A stretch of 64,000 nucleotides of DNA from the IMG/VR virus record IMGVR_UViG_3300009155_000057; one strand, given 5' to 3'. Below the pieces are notes generated by a model. It was not told where the DNA came from. It worked only from the letters and a program-made list of their open reading frames with translations, and did not search any database. Below are positions 38,861 to 49,089 of the stretch, one piece after another (positions within the stretch are counted from its first letter, which is position 1; each line of letters starts with the position of its first letter). This DNA is from an uncultured virus (IMG/VR IMGVR_UViG_3300009155_000057) (taxonomy: Duplodnaviria; Heunggongvirae; Uroviricota; Caudoviricetes). A program made the translations under genes and the position numbers.

Positions 38861-39412
38861 TTGATTATTATAAAACAGGAGAATAACTTGACAAAGCTTA
38901 AAAATGTGTCTGATTCACATGAAGAGGAAGAGGAGGCAGAAGAGGTCGAGCCTAAGCTCGTTGAGGAGCCTGTTCTCCTATCTGAAAGTAATGACGGCGA
39001 AGTAGATGATGAAGAGGGGTTTGTTGTAAAAAGGATGCCTTGGACCTTACAAATTGAGGGTTTAGACATGATGATCCCACTTTCTGCTATGAAGCTTCCT
39101 ATGCTTAGTGTGGGATCTGCAGATGGCGGTGACATGCTTGTTGAAACTCTCAACGTTCCAGGGAACACACTCAACTTTTATCTTAATTCATGGTTGAGAT
39201 CTCCTCATTACAAAAAGATCATTGTTAATGTTCTGGACCCTATTGGAATTCCTTTGGAAGTCTGGAAGATGGAAGCAAAGCCATCAGTGATGGGATTTAG
39301 CCCACTCAATATTCAGGATGACTCGCCCTGGGTTACACAGGTTGTTTTTGTTACCCGTGATATTAAGATCGAGCCGCCTGGAGTTTCTAATCCTGAGCAG
39401 GCGGCTTCATGA
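38861..39412 (+). CDS. protein with an acidic N-terminus and a tail-tube-like C-terminal domain
   Basis: 'WTLQIEG....KLP....W....YKKIIVNVLDPIG..LEVW....FSPL' resembles gp19-like tail tube proteins. Confidence 0.45.
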   Translation: MIIIKQENNLTKLKNVSDSHEEEEEAEEVEPKLVEEPVLLSESNDGEVDDEEGFVVKRMPWTLQIEGLDMMIPLSAMKLPMLSVGSADGGDMLVETLNVPGNTLNFYLNSWLRSPHYKKIIVNVLDPIGIPLEVWKMEAKPSVMGFSPLNIQDDSPWVTQVVFVTRDIKIEPPGVSNPEQAAS

Positions 39413-39659
39413 TTCGCTTTGTTTGAAGTGATGCGACTCGTACATACTTGTCAAGTGCAGCTTGGCCGAGTATGTATCCAATATCAATAAATGAACTTGA
39501 TATTATCATTCCCATCATAACAAAATCGCTTGCTTGCCGAGTGATCATATGTACAATGATCATTTTCGATGTGATACTTCCAAGAAAGTATGCTATGAAC
39601 TTTTTTGATGAAAGCGGTGATTTTTCTAGTTGATCTAGCATGTTAAATATGTTCTCCAC
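39387..39659 (-). CDS. small two-TM membrane protein (holin-like)
   Basis: 'SKKFIAYF' plus two hydrophobic segments; ATAATTA 5 nt upstream of the GTG on the minus strand. Confidence 0.55.
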   Translation of the reverse strand: MENIFNMLDQLEKSPLSSKKFIAYFLGSITSKMIIVHMITRQASDFVMMGMIISSSFIDIGYILGQAALDKYVRVASLQTKRIMKPPAQD

Positions 39660-39688
39660 ACTTATAATTATGAAGAGATATCGTAATT

Positions 39689-39931
39689 ATGAAAGCTGGA
39701 GAACTTGCTGTTTATTCTTCATCATTTCCTCGAGCGTTTTGCTCTGGAGGTACCCTATTCCCTGGGTGCCTTGTTCTTCTTCTCGCAAAGAGATGGATTG
39801 ACAAAGAGCCGTACTGGGAAATCTTTTATGATGAAAGAGTTGGCTTAATAGACTTAAACCTATTAAAGCCTAATATTTATCCTTTGAAGGAAGATAAACA
39901 GCTGCATGACAAGATCAATCACAATTTATAA
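39689..39931 (+). CDS. small hypothetical protein
   Basis: 80-aa ORF. Confidence 0.45.
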   Translation: MKAGELAVYSSSFPRAFCSGGTLFPGCLVLLLAKRWIDKEPYWEIFYDERVGLIDLNLLKPNIYPLKEDKQLHDKINHNL

Positions 39932-40529
39932 TGATCTACTAAATGAAGTAGATGGAAGCAGCACATTGCTTTCTAAACATTTAATAAATTCAGCAGATCT
40001 TCAAAAAGCTGCTAATTTTATGAAAATGGTTTCAAGCACGGCTGGAACAGTCGCCACGGGCGCAGCTGTTGTTGGTGCAGCTCCTGTAGCTGTTGGAGCG
40101 GCTGCAGTTAATGAAGTTGCTGGAATGGTTGCTGCATTGTTTAATGCAATTTATTACATTAGACAACATATGTGGCTTGACGCAATTGCATCAGTGACAT
40201 TGGCAATTCCAGTTATCAATAAGGCTTTTCCAGTTAAAAAAGTTAATAAAAAGATATTTGGAAAAGTTTTCAAAAATTTGAAAACACAAAAAGATACTGT
40301 TCACCAAATGATAGATCTTTTAGTAAAATCTAAAAACTTAGACAAAACATCTGGTAACACATTGAAAATGGGTGTTAATGCAGCTTCAACACAAGACTTA
40401 AGCACTCTTTCAAAAATTTCAAGTGAACCAGTTGAAACTATAAGAACTTACTTCTCAAGTGTTAGTGGTACACCCACAGCTTTGGCTGAAGGTCAAAATA
40501 GAAAAATTATCAAGATTATAAGGGGATGA
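39906..40529 (+). CDS. helical protein with an Ala/Gly hydrophobic hairpin
   Basis: 'LLNE'; AGTVATGAAVVGAAPVAVGAAA; 'WLDAIASVTLAIP'. Confidence 0.55.
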   Translation: MTRSITIYNDLLNEVDGSSTLLSKHLINSADLQKAANFMKMVSSTAGTVATGAAVVGAAPVAVGAAAVNEVAGMVAALFNAIYYIRQHMWLDAIASVTLAIPVINKAFPVKKVNKKIFGKVFKNLKTQKDTVHQMIDLLVKSKNLDKTSGNTLKMGVNAASTQDLSTLSKISSEPVETIRTYFSSVSGTPTALAEGQNRKIIKIIRG

Positions 40530-40786
40530 GCATGAGATTCTTCTTTTCGTTTTTATTGCTTCTAGTTACAAATTTGGCATATGCAAGTGATGAAAATAAT
40601 GATGATAAAGTAGTCTATAAAAAGACAACTGAGATTGATTTTGATTCTCTTGACATTGAAGCTGAGTTGGTTAAGCCTCAAGGCTCTCTAGTTGTTGAGA
40701 GACGTAGAGCAGCTTTCAACCCTCTAATTCAAATCAGACTAAATTGGAATGAGGAAATCGCGCAATCAACTGATGATGTTAAATAG
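40526..40786 (+). CDS. cglF: CglF/GltF-like adventurous gliding motility protein homolog
   Basis: Signal peptide plus 'YKKTTEIDFD..DIEAELVKPQG....R.R..F..LIQIR.NWNEEIAQS', as recalled for myxobacterial CglF/GltF. Confidence 0.7.
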   Translation: MSMRFFFSFLLLLVTNLAYASDENNDDKVVYKKTTEIDFDSLDIEAELVKPQGSLVVERRRAAFNPLIQIRLNWNEEIAQSTDDVK

Positions 40787-40814
40787 TCTGACATAATTAG
40801 ATGAGAGGTAAGTT

Positions 40815-43181
40815 ATGCCACTCATAGGTACAATCTCAGGAAGCAATGGAACTTCCACAACTGCAATTTCTGGATCAGTAATTATTGCTGATGCTCCTGT
40901 TTCAACTTTTCCATCTCTTCCTGCAGGGGTGAAAGTATATTTTTCAGGATCAAAAAACGCAACAAGAACTGACAACCCTGAGGTTCTTTTTAATATTGAT
41001 GTCTTCCATTCAGGCGCAATTGGTTCTGACCAATATATACAATTTAAGCCTGTTAATATTCTTCAGATTCCTTCTAACACTACCGCAAGCTACATTTATA
41101 CCTCAGGAAGTACAAATGACATGTACTTCACACAGTACAATGGACCTTACACAAATACCACAAGACTCAGATGGTTGGAAGCAGGTATATTGACAGGACT
41201 TTTGAATGGTGGCGTTCTTTCAACTGTTAATGGAACGACAACATTCAATGTATCTTCAGGGTCTGGTCTCATCATAACTTACAATGCATCTTTAAACTCA
41301 GACCCGTTTCCAACAATTGTAAAAGTAGATTGGCCAAACTTTGTAAGCTCATCTCTTCCAAACATCACAACAAAAGCAATAACTTATATTGCAATTGACT
41401 CATCAGGTTCATTGGTAAAACAAAACACTGCTTACACTGATGGTGACTTTGAAAGCAAAATTATTATTGGAAGAGTGTTGCACCAAAGTGGGTCTGTGAC
41501 AAATGGAACAATAACTCAGCCAACTGTTTCATATGGGCAAACAGGATTCAGAGGAGATTTTATTCGCGCATTTGGCCCATTAAAGCTTAGTGGCCATGTT
41601 GTATCAGTAAATGCAACGGCAACTAATCCTCCTACCAACACACAGTTTTTGGGTCTTGCAAAAACTTCAGGTGACTCTTATGTTGAAGGAAGAAACTACA
41701 CAACAAACCCAAATTCACCAAACTACATTAAGTCAACAACTGACACGGCTCTAACAACCTCAAAGATTTTTAGAGAGTACGTGAATAGCTCAGGAACCGT
41801 TGTAATCGATTCCGGTGTTGCTAATGCAGGTTACACCGCAGTTGATGTTACAAATTACAACAACAATGGTGTTCTCACTGCGATCGGCGGAGGAAACAAA
41901 TTCACCATTCAAAGATTGTATTGGTTTCCTAACGCAGTCAATAGAGCAATTTTTGCTTATTATGGGAATGCAATTTACACATCAATTGCAGCCGCAGAAA
42001 TTGGCATTGAATCTGAAATTTTTACCGAGGGCGATAACACGAGAGATGGCGCAATATTACTGGGCTACCTCATTGTAAAACAAGGAACAACTGACCTAAA
42101 TGATGCTGCCAAAGCAAAGCTTATTCAAGCAGGACTCAGTAGAGCTATATCATCAACGGGCGGCGGCGGCGGAGCAACATCTCCAGGTGGTTCAGATACC
42201 TATGTCCAGTTTAATGATGCAGCAAGCTTTGGTGGAGAATCCGGCTTCACTTACAACAAAACAACTGAATCAGTAACAATTGCAGGCAATCTTACAGCAT
42301 CAAATGTTTTGTTAAGCGGAGATATTGCAGTAAATGGTGGAGATATTACTTCGACATCTGCAACTTTCAACTTACTCACAGGATCAGTCACTTCATTGAA
42401 TATTGGCGGAACCGCGACAGCTTTAAGCATTGGAGCAGCAACGGGAAGAACAACAATAAACAATGATCTTGCAATTACAACAGGAAATATAATTGGTGCT
42501 CCTGGATCTGGCGCCAATATGATGACGCTAATTTCAAGCGGAAACATTATTGCTAAACTTGATATTGACAATAACGCTGCAGGGCATAAGTTTATAATTC
42601 AAGACTACAGAGAGATTGAACAGTTTTCAGTACAAGAAAATGGTAATGCAGAAATTTCTGGAAGTCTTGTAGTAACAGGAAGTCTTGCAACAAATGGTGG
42701 CGAAATCACAACAACAGTTTCAGTGTTTAATCTTTTGACCGGATCAATCACAACATTGAGCATTGGTGGTCTTGCTACAAATAATGTTTTTGGAGGAAAT
42801 ATTAGCGTAGCAGGACTTACAACACTGTCAACTATTTCAGAAAAGCTTGTTAATAGCAATGGAAGCACAGGCACAGTTAATTTTGATCTTGGAGTTCAAG
42901 GAATATTTTACGTAAATGGTCCTGCTGGAGACATTACGGCAAACTTCACGACAGTTTCAACAACAAATAACAGAATCATAACTCCAACAGTTATTTTTTC
43001 TCAAAGCGCAACTGCAAGAATTGTTTCAGCAGTTCAAATCGATTCATCACCTCAAACAATTAACTGGGCAAATGGAGTAACTCCTGTTGGGTCTGCAAAC
43101 AAACAAGATGTTTTTGGATTTAGCTTGATTAGATCAGGCTCAGCTTGGAAAGTTCTTGGTCAAATGAGCACATACGGATAA
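40815..43181 (+). CDS. tail fibre / virion structural protein
   Basis: T/S/G-rich beta repeats ('ISGS', 'TGS'), 'PGGSDTYVQFND..SFGG', C-terminal 'INWANG.TP....DVFGF'. Confidence 0.7.
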   Translation: MPLIGTISGSNGTSTTAISGSVIIADAPVSTFPSLPAGVKVYFSGSKNATRTDNPEVLFNIDVFHSGAIGSDQYIQFKPVNILQIPSNTTASYIYTSGSTNDMYFTQYNGPYTNTTRLRWLEAGILTGLLNGGVLSTVNGTTTFNVSSGSGLIITYNASLNSDPFPTIVKVDWPNFVSSSLPNITTKAITYIAIDSSGSLVKQNTAYTDGDFESKIIIGRVLHQSGSVTNGTITQPTVSYGQTGFRGDFIRAFGPLKLSGHVVSVNATATNPPTNTQFLGLAKTSGDSYVEGRNYTTNPNSPNYIKSTTDTALTTSKIFREYVNSSGTVVIDSGVANAGYTAVDVTNYNNNGVLTAIGGGNKFTIQRLYWFPNAVNRAIFAYYGNAIYTSIAAAEIGIESEIFTEGDNTRDGAILLGYLIVKQGTTDLNDAAKAKLIQAGLSRAISSTGGGGGATSPGGSDTYVQFNDAASFGGESGFTYNKTTESVTIAGNLTASNVLLSGDIAVNGGDITSTSATFNLLTGSVTSLNIGGTATALSIGAATGRTTINNDLAITTGNIIGAPGSGANMMTLISSGNIIAKLDIDNNAAGHKFIIQDYREIEQFSVQENGNAEISGSLVVTGSLATNGGEITTTVSVFNLLTGSITTLSIGGLATNNVFGGNISVAGLTTLSTISEKLVNSNGSTGTVNFDLGVQGIFYVNGPAGDITANFTTVSTTNNRIITPTVIFSQSATARIVSAVQIDSSPQTINWANGVTPVGSANKQDVFGFSLIRSGSAWKVLGQMSTYG

Positions 43182-43185
43182 AATC

Positions 43186-44217
43186 ATGCTTAGTCGAGTA
43201 TCATCGTTTGCAGGATCAATTTCTCCTCGCAACGTAACAAATCAAACTTTTAGATATTTTAGATTCACAGTTACAAAAACACGTGATATTACTCAAGATC
43301 CAGCTTATCCTGTTGGAATGATGCAGATGACTGAGTTTCAACTTTTGTTTATGGGAACAAGTTTAAGCTACTCAGGAGCAACTGCGTCAAATCCAGGTGG
43401 GTTTAACCCTTCAGGACAGGACGCAAGCAAAGCAATTGACAATAACACTTCAACTGTTTTTCTTGATGTGTCTGGAAACGGTACAATTGGTTCTAGTGCA
43501 ACAGGAGTCACCAAATCATGGGTTCTTCAAATAGACTTTGGTTCTAGAAAAGCAATTGATGGTTTCAGATATATTACAGGTGCTGATGTCAATGGTCGTG
43601 ATCCAATTCGATGGGTTCTTGAAGGAAGTCTTGATAATTCAACATGGACAACTCTTCACACTCAAACAACTGATGCAACAATAACAACAAGTAGAACAAC
43701 TGCAACTCAAATTTTCTATATTACAAGAGGCTTAATCCCTTACCTTGCTGGTGTTTATAGAACAAAATACTCAGGCTATTTTGCAGATGTTGTTGGTTGG
43801 TTTGCAACCGCAACTGCGACCTCAACGTTAGTTCAAACAACGTCTATTGAAGATCCAGGCACTGACGATGGAGAAACATTCAGCTCACAATGGCTTGGTT
43901 ATTTTGTTCCTTCGACAACTGAAACATACACTTTCTATCTTTCGTCTGATGATGCGTCATATATGTGGATTGGTAATAACGCAATCTCAGGATTCACAAC
44001 CGCAAATTCAACTGTGAATAACGGAGGTTTACATGGATCAATTGAAATATCTGGTACTGCCTCCTTGACGGCCGGCGTCTATTATCCAATCCGAATACAA
44101 TATGGTGAAAATACAGGAGGTGATTATTTAACATTCAATTATTCAACTCCAACAATTGCAAAAACAACAAATGTTACAGGAAAAATTTTCTATCATCCTG
44201 CAACTCGAGGACACTAA
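43186..44217 (+). CDS. carbohydrate-binding virion protein (discoidin/F5-8-like + PA14-like domains)
   Basis: 'RDPIRWVLEGSLDNSTWTTL'; 'GYFVP..TETYTFYLSSDDASYMWI...YYPIRIQYGE'. Confidence 0.75.
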   Translation: MLSRVSSFAGSISPRNVTNQTFRYFRFTVTKTRDITQDPAYPVGMMQMTEFQLLFMGTSLSYSGATASNPGGFNPSGQDASKAIDNNTSTVFLDVSGNGTIGSSATGVTKSWVLQIDFGSRKAIDGFRYITGADVNGRDPIRWVLEGSLDNSTWTTLHTQTTDATITTSRTTATQIFYITRGLIPYLAGVYRTKYSGYFADVVGWFATATATSTLVQTTSIEDPGTDDGETFSSQWLGYFVPSTTETYTFYLSSDDASYMWIGNNAISGFTTANSTVNNGGLHGSIEISGTASLTAGVYYPIRIQYGENTGGDYLTFNYSTPTIAKTTNVTGKIFYHPATRGH

Positions 44218-44276
44218 AGTATAAATTTGTATGTCGAATTTATGCAAATTTTATACAGGCATGGTAAAATGTTAGT

Positions 44277-44750
44277 ATGCTTCGGGTAGATAAAATCCCG
44301 ATAAGGAATACTATGTCTGTGTTTGTAATGAGAGAAAGAATTGAGGCAATTGATTCAAGGCTTGACAAGATTCTTGATGACGAAAAGCTTCGTGAACATG
44401 TTAAAAATGTCATTCGCGCTGAAACAGAATTTTGTGTGGCAGATGTTGCCATTGTAGCAAAAAATGAGATCGATAATATCGCAGCTAGTTCAATAGCTCG
44501 TATTCACGAACACCAAAATGATTTACTTGATCAACGAGAAGAACTCTATCTAAAACTTAAAGAAGAAGTTCGTGATCATACAAACTCTTCTATTGAAGAG
44601 AACATTCGCCCAATTATACAAAATATCAGTCATCATGATGATGAAATCAAGCTTATTACAAATCGTTTAAGCGTACTGCCAGTTTTGTTTGGTATGTGGA
44701 CTGCTGTTACAATTCTTTTCTCTGTTCTCCTATCTTACTGGATCATTTAA
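44277..44750 (+). CDS. coiled-coil protein with a C-terminal TM anchor
   Basis: Hydrophobic C-terminus; promoter copy at 44242. Confidence 0.55.
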   Translation: MLRVDKIPIRNTMSVFVMRERIEAIDSRLDKILDDEKLREHVKNVIRAETEFCVADVAIVAKNEIDNIAASSIARIHEHQNDLLDQREELYLKLKEEVRDHTNSSIEENIRPIIQNISHHDDEIKLITNRLSVLPVLFGMWTAVTILFSVLLSYWII

Positions 44751-44755
44751 AAAAA

Positions 44756-45388
44756 ATGAAAATCAATCAGATCTTTTGTGACATGGACGGTGTTCTTGTT
44801 GATTTCCATAAAGGAATGAACAAGAATATCAACACCCTTATTCAACTTACTCCTGAAGGTCTTTCTCTTCTTAGCAAGAAAGTTGCTAAATTGACCCTTG
44901 AACTTAAAGAAAAGATGCTTGAACAAGGGTTGACTCAATATAATTTTCATGACCTTGAAGGAGAAAGGGCCGTCCGAAAGCTTTCGATGGCGTTCATTTC
45001 AAATGACCCTGAGTCTTCTTTTTATAACCTGCCGCACCTTGAGGATGGTGTAAATGAACTTTGGAGTCATCTACACACTTATGGTGTGAAGGTTAATATC
45101 CTTTCTGCACCTGTTCCTGACAAAGGTGGTAGCTTTGGGCCTGCCCGACGTGGAAAGACAAATTGGGTGAAGGATTATCTCAACCCTTATCCAAATGAAA
45201 TCTTTATCACTCCTGCAAATGAGAAGTGGAAGCACGCTGTCACAAATGGAGTTCCCAACATTCTTGTAGATGATAACATCAAAAACATCACTGAGTGGCG
45301 GGAAGCCGGGGGCATTGGATTTCATCATGATCCTGGCAAAAGCTTTGATACAATTCAAAATATGAAGAATCTACTTATTGGCGAGTGA
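44756..45388 (+). CDS. HAD-family 5'(3')-deoxyribonucleotidase
   Basis: 'FCDMDGVLVDF', 'ILSAP', 'GKTNW', 'ILVDD...N..EW..AGG'. Confidence 0.85.
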   Translation: MKINQIFCDMDGVLVDFHKGMNKNINTLIQLTPEGLSLLSKKVAKLTLELKEKMLEQGLTQYNFHDLEGERAVRKLSMAFISNDPESSFYNLPHLEDGVNELWSHLHTYGVKVNILSAPVPDKGGSFGPARRGKTNWVKDYLNPYPNEIFITPANEKWKHAVTNGVPNILVDDNIKNITEWREAGGIGFHHDPGKSFDTIQNMKNLLIGE

Positions 45389-45392
45389 ATAA

Positions 45393-47261
45393 ATGGACAA
45401 AACAATCGAGCAAAAGTATCGTAAGCTTTCTGACATTGAGCACGTTCTGCTTCGTCCTGGAATGTATTGCGGAAGCATCAAGCCAAAAGACGAAGACGTT
45501 TTCCTCCTGAATGATGAAGGAAAGCTTGCGGCTCGTCCTGTTACATACAACCCTGCATTCATGAAAATTTTTGATGAGATCATCAGTAACTCTATTGATG
45601 AGCATCGTCGTAATCAAAAGTTGAATGAAATTAAGGTGACTGTGAATGTTGAGGATGGCTCGATTACGATCTGGGATAATGGAGGAATTCCAGTTGTTAA
45701 GCATGCCGAGCACAATGAGTGGATTCCTGAAATGATTTTCAGCAATCTAAAGGCGGGTTCAAACTTCAATGATGATGAACAGCGCCTTGTTGCTGGAACA
45801 AATGGCGTCGGATCTACGCTTACGAACATTTTTTCGTTGATGTTTCGTGTCAGAACCTCTGATGGAAATTTTGCATTTCAGCAGATTTTCACTAACAACA
45901 TGATGAATCGAACAGAGCCAAAAATTCTGAAATACAAATCAGGCTTTACTGAAATCATGTTTAAGCCTGACTTGAAGCGATTTGGAATGGACGCTATTGA
46001 TGCAACACATGTTGAAATGATGCGCAAGCGGTGCATCGATCTTGCTGCTTGCAATCAAAAGATTAAGATTACTTTCAATGATGTTGAATACAAATTCAAG
46101 TCGTTCAAAGAGTATTGTAATCTTTATACAACTCCCGTTGCCTATGAAGAGATTGACCGTTGGAGGATTGCTGTTTCTCCTTCAAATGGAACATTCACGC
46201 AGGTTTCCTTTGTCAACTCTGTTGAGACAAAGGACGGCGGCACACACGTTGATTACGTAATGTCACAGATTCTTGAGTGGCTTCGTGATCGTGTGAAGCG
46301 CAAGCACAAGATTGAACTTCGTCCAGCGGAGTTGAAAAACCATTTCACTCTTTACACTCAGTCTGACGTAGTCAATCCTGCCTTTAGCTCCCAAACAAAG
46401 GAGAAGTTGATTACCGAATCGCGAGACTTTGGTTCACAATTCAAGGTAAGTGAGAAGACGCTAAAGGATATCTTTAATTCTGAAGTTGTTCAACGAATTC
46501 TTGACTGGGCGGAGCAAAAGGCTCTTGCTGAAGAGCGCAAACAGCTTCGCGAACTCAATAAGACAATCAGCAAAGAAAAAGTGTTGAAGCTTATTGATTC
46601 AAAGTCAAAAGAGCGTGAGTTGTGCACACTCTCCCTTTATGAGGGAGATAGCGCCATGAGCGCATTCCGAAAGTTTAGAGATCCAAATCTGCAGGCTGCT
46701 TTCCCATTGCGTGGGAAGTTCATCAATGTGACTGAACTTACATCGACTCGAGTAATCCAGAACCAAGAAGTAAAAGACCTTTTGACTGCTATTGGTTTGC
46801 GCATGGGTGAAGCTCCTGGCGCACTTCGGTATGGAAAAATTCTCATTTACTCTGATGCCGATCCTGACGGAGATTCAATTGCTGGTCTTCTAATGAATTT
46901 TTTTGGTCGTTATTGGCCAGAGCTTTTTGATCGACAGATGGTTTGTCGAGTAATGACTCCTCTTGTTGTTGTTAAAAAAGGAAAGGAGACAATTCCATTC
47001 TACGCAAACAGCGATTTTGAAGATTGGCAGTCAAAAATCAAAGATATCAAAAAGTGGGATGTTTCATATAAAAAGGGTCTGGCGGCCCTTGAAGATGAAG
47101 AATATAAAGAAATCATCCAACATCCAAAAATGTTTGTTATTCAAGGTGGACCTGGTCTAAAGACTACACTTGACACCTGGTTTGCTGGTGACTCTGCTCC
47201 ACGAAAGTTGAAGATTTTGGGAAACACTGAATCCTGTGAGGAAGAAAATGTTTGTCTTTAA
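45393..47261 (+). CDS. type IIA DNA topoisomerase, ATPase+TOPRIM subunit (T4 gp39+60-like)
   Basis: 'EHVLLRPGMY', 'EIISNSIDE', 'DNGGIP', 'GTNGVG', 'EGDSA', 'PLRGK', 'DADPDG', 'KKGL'. Confidence 0.95.
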   Translation: MDKTIEQKYRKLSDIEHVLLRPGMYCGSIKPKDEDVFLLNDEGKLAARPVTYNPAFMKIFDEIISNSIDEHRRNQKLNEIKVTVNVEDGSITIWDNGGIPVVKHAEHNEWIPEMIFSNLKAGSNFNDDEQRLVAGTNGVGSTLTNIFSLMFRVRTSDGNFAFQQIFTNNMMNRTEPKILKYKSGFTEIMFKPDLKRFGMDAIDATHVEMMRKRCIDLAACNQKIKITFNDVEYKFKSFKEYCNLYTTPVAYEEIDRWRIAVSPSNGTFTQVSFVNSVETKDGGTHVDYVMSQILEWLRDRVKRKHKIELRPAELKNHFTLYTQSDVVNPAFSSQTKEKLITESRDFGSQFKVSEKTLKDIFNSEVVQRILDWAEQKALAEERKQLRELNKTISKEKVLKLIDSKSKERELCTLSLYEGDSAMSAFRKFRDPNLQAAFPLRGKFINVTELTSTRVIQNQEVKDLLTAIGLRMGEAPGALRYGKILIYSDADPDGDSIAGLLMNFFGRYWPELFDRQMVCRVMTPLVVVKKGKETIPFYANSDFEDWQSKIKDIKKWDVSYKKGLAALEDEEYKEIIQHPKMFVIQGGPGLKTTLDTWFAGDSAPRKLKILGNTESCEEENVCL

Positions 47262-47760
47262 GCACAATTACTACTGAGTTCCTGCTCAGTTTATTAAACA
47301 ACTTGAACAAGTTACACAAGGAACAGTCAATAGACTGTTTGAACTTGCACAAATAGTTTATGATGATGAAACAATTAAGCTCTGGAATTGTTCAGTCGAA
47401 AGATCAGTTGTTCCTGTTAAGCGTGAAAGAATCAGTCACAAGCGTCTTTTGATTACAGATCACTCTGCTGGCTGGTGGGTAGTAATCGAGTTCGGACAAC
47501 CTTATTCTGAAGAATCACCAGATATTTGGGATTTTTGGTTGTTTGAATCACAAACTGATAACGACCATGTCCATCCCGAAAACGTTGATTGGGAAAAATT
47601 CCTGACAGAGTGGGGATATGGTAGAACAGAATTGTATTGGCAAGCACGAAGGATCAATAATGACGACGCGTGGTATTCACACGCTCATCAAGTGAGCTTT
47701 ACACATCCATTGCTCCTTATGATGGAGAGTGCATTGCGCTATAAGGATTTGCCTCGATAA
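47248..47760 (+). pseudogene. hypothetical gene with an in-frame TGA at codon 10
   Basis: GAGGA SD, ATG 47248, MFVFKHNYY*VPAQF..., otherwise open to 47760. Confidence 0.55.
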
Positions 47761-47862
47761 CATCGAGACATTGCCAGCAAATTTTCTGGAACCTGTGCAA
47801 ATCATGCGCAGTCATGATATAATGTTGAAACAAGCAGCTAATAACTCACGTTGAGGTCTATC

Positions 47863-49020
47863 ATGAGCGACGAAGTTAATCCACTGGCAACTATTCTTGA
47901 AGTTGCTGAAATTATTCCTCATCCAAATGCAGATCGTCTTGACCTTGTTTCTCCTTATGGAGATGGTCTTTCATATGCCGTTGTTGCACGTGGAACCATG
48001 AAGGTTGGCGACAAGGTTCTTTGGTTTGACGCAGTCAATGAGGCAATGGTTCCTGTCTCTATTCCTGAGTTTTCCTTTCTGCAAAAAGATGCAAAGAACG
48101 GCTATACTCGAGTAAAGGCAAAGCGCCTCCGAGGTGTTGTCTCTCGAGGGCTCATGGTTCCAGCTCGCCAGGAGTGGATTGATGCTTTCTCTTCGCAAGG
48201 TGCTGCTGTCTTTAATGAGCTCCTTGAGCTCAAGAAGTATGAGGTTCTCGATTCTCGTGGTCGGCACCCTGGTAGTTCTTTTGATGCTGGATCTGCTGCC
48301 AGTGGACCTGATAGTGCTCTTTGCACTACAAAGTATGACGTTGATTCGATCGTGAAGAATGTGCGAATGATTCCTATCGGTGCTGAAGTTGTTTGTACCG
48401 AAAAGATTCATGGTGCAAACTTTGGTGCTGGCTGGGCTTCTTACAATGGCGAGATGAAGTTTCATGTTCGCTCGCGAAACATGTGGAAGCTGAAGCAAGA
48501 GACTCGCGAAAAGACTCTTGAAGACGGGTCTACCGTTCAATATGAAGTTGGTGGTGGAATGTGGTGGGATGTTGCAATCAAGTACAATCTCTCTGAAAAG
48601 CTCCAGAGTCGGCCTGGTTACTTCATCTATGGTGAGGTCTATGGCCAGGTCCAAGATCTGAAGTATGGACTTACTACTACTGAGTTCATTGCTTTTGATT
48701 GCTGGGACAGCAACACCTGTCGTTGGCTTTCTTGGAATGAGCTTGTCGAACTTTGCAATGAGCTTGACATTCCTCACGTTCCAGTTGTTGCCAGTATGAA
48801 GTGGGAGCCAGAGGTTTCTTCTTTCATTACGGAAAGTGGAGAGACCCGAATGAACTACAAGCTTTCAAAGGAAGTTATTAGTCTTTCTGACGGCCCAACA
48901 CTTCTTAACAATGCTGGTCATACACGAGAAGGAATTGTCATTCGTTATGATCGTCCTCCTGGGGATCCTTTTGAGCGTGTGATTCTCAAGCTTGTTGGAA
49001 ATGATTATCTGACTCGCTAA
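47863..49020 (+). CDS. ATP-dependent RNA ligase (DRB0094/Rnl5-like)
   Basis: N-terminal OB 'PHPNADRL...KRLRGVVSRGL'; motif I 'TEKIHGAN', 'YGEVYG', 'FDC', 'REGIV', 'LK'; promoter copy at 47795. Confidence 0.88.
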   Translation: MSDEVNPLATILEVAEIIPHPNADRLDLVSPYGDGLSYAVVARGTMKVGDKVLWFDAVNEAMVPVSIPEFSFLQKDAKNGYTRVKAKRLRGVVSRGLMVPARQEWIDAFSSQGAAVFNELLELKKYEVLDSRGRHPGSSFDAGSAASGPDSALCTTKYDVDSIVKNVRMIPIGAEVVCTEKIHGANFGAGWASYNGEMKFHVRSRNMWKLKQETREKTLEDGSTVQYEVGGGMWWDVAIKYNLSEKLQSRPGYFIYGEVYGQVQDLKYGLTTTEFIAFDCWDSNTCRWLSWNELVELCNELDIPHVPVVASMKWEPEVSSFITESGETRMNYKLSKEVISLSDGPTLLNNAGHTREGIVIRYDRPPGDPFERVILKLVGNDYLTR

Positions 49021-49034
49021 AAGTTTTGTATTTT

Positions 49035-49066
49035 GGCTCGTGAACAAAAGTTCACGAGCCTTTTTT
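49035..49066 (+). terminator. Rho-independent terminator
   Basis: GGCTCGTGAAC-AAAA-GTTCACGAGCC-TTTTTT. Confidence 0.9.
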
Positions 49067-49089
49067 GTTTGTAAAGAATATTTATTGTA

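Noticed and set aside
45393..47261. T4 gene 60-type bypass in the topoisomerase
   Set aside because: The ORF is continuous through the TOPRIM region.
47971..48777. 268-aa minus-strand ORF
   Set aside because: Antisense shadow of the RNA ligase.
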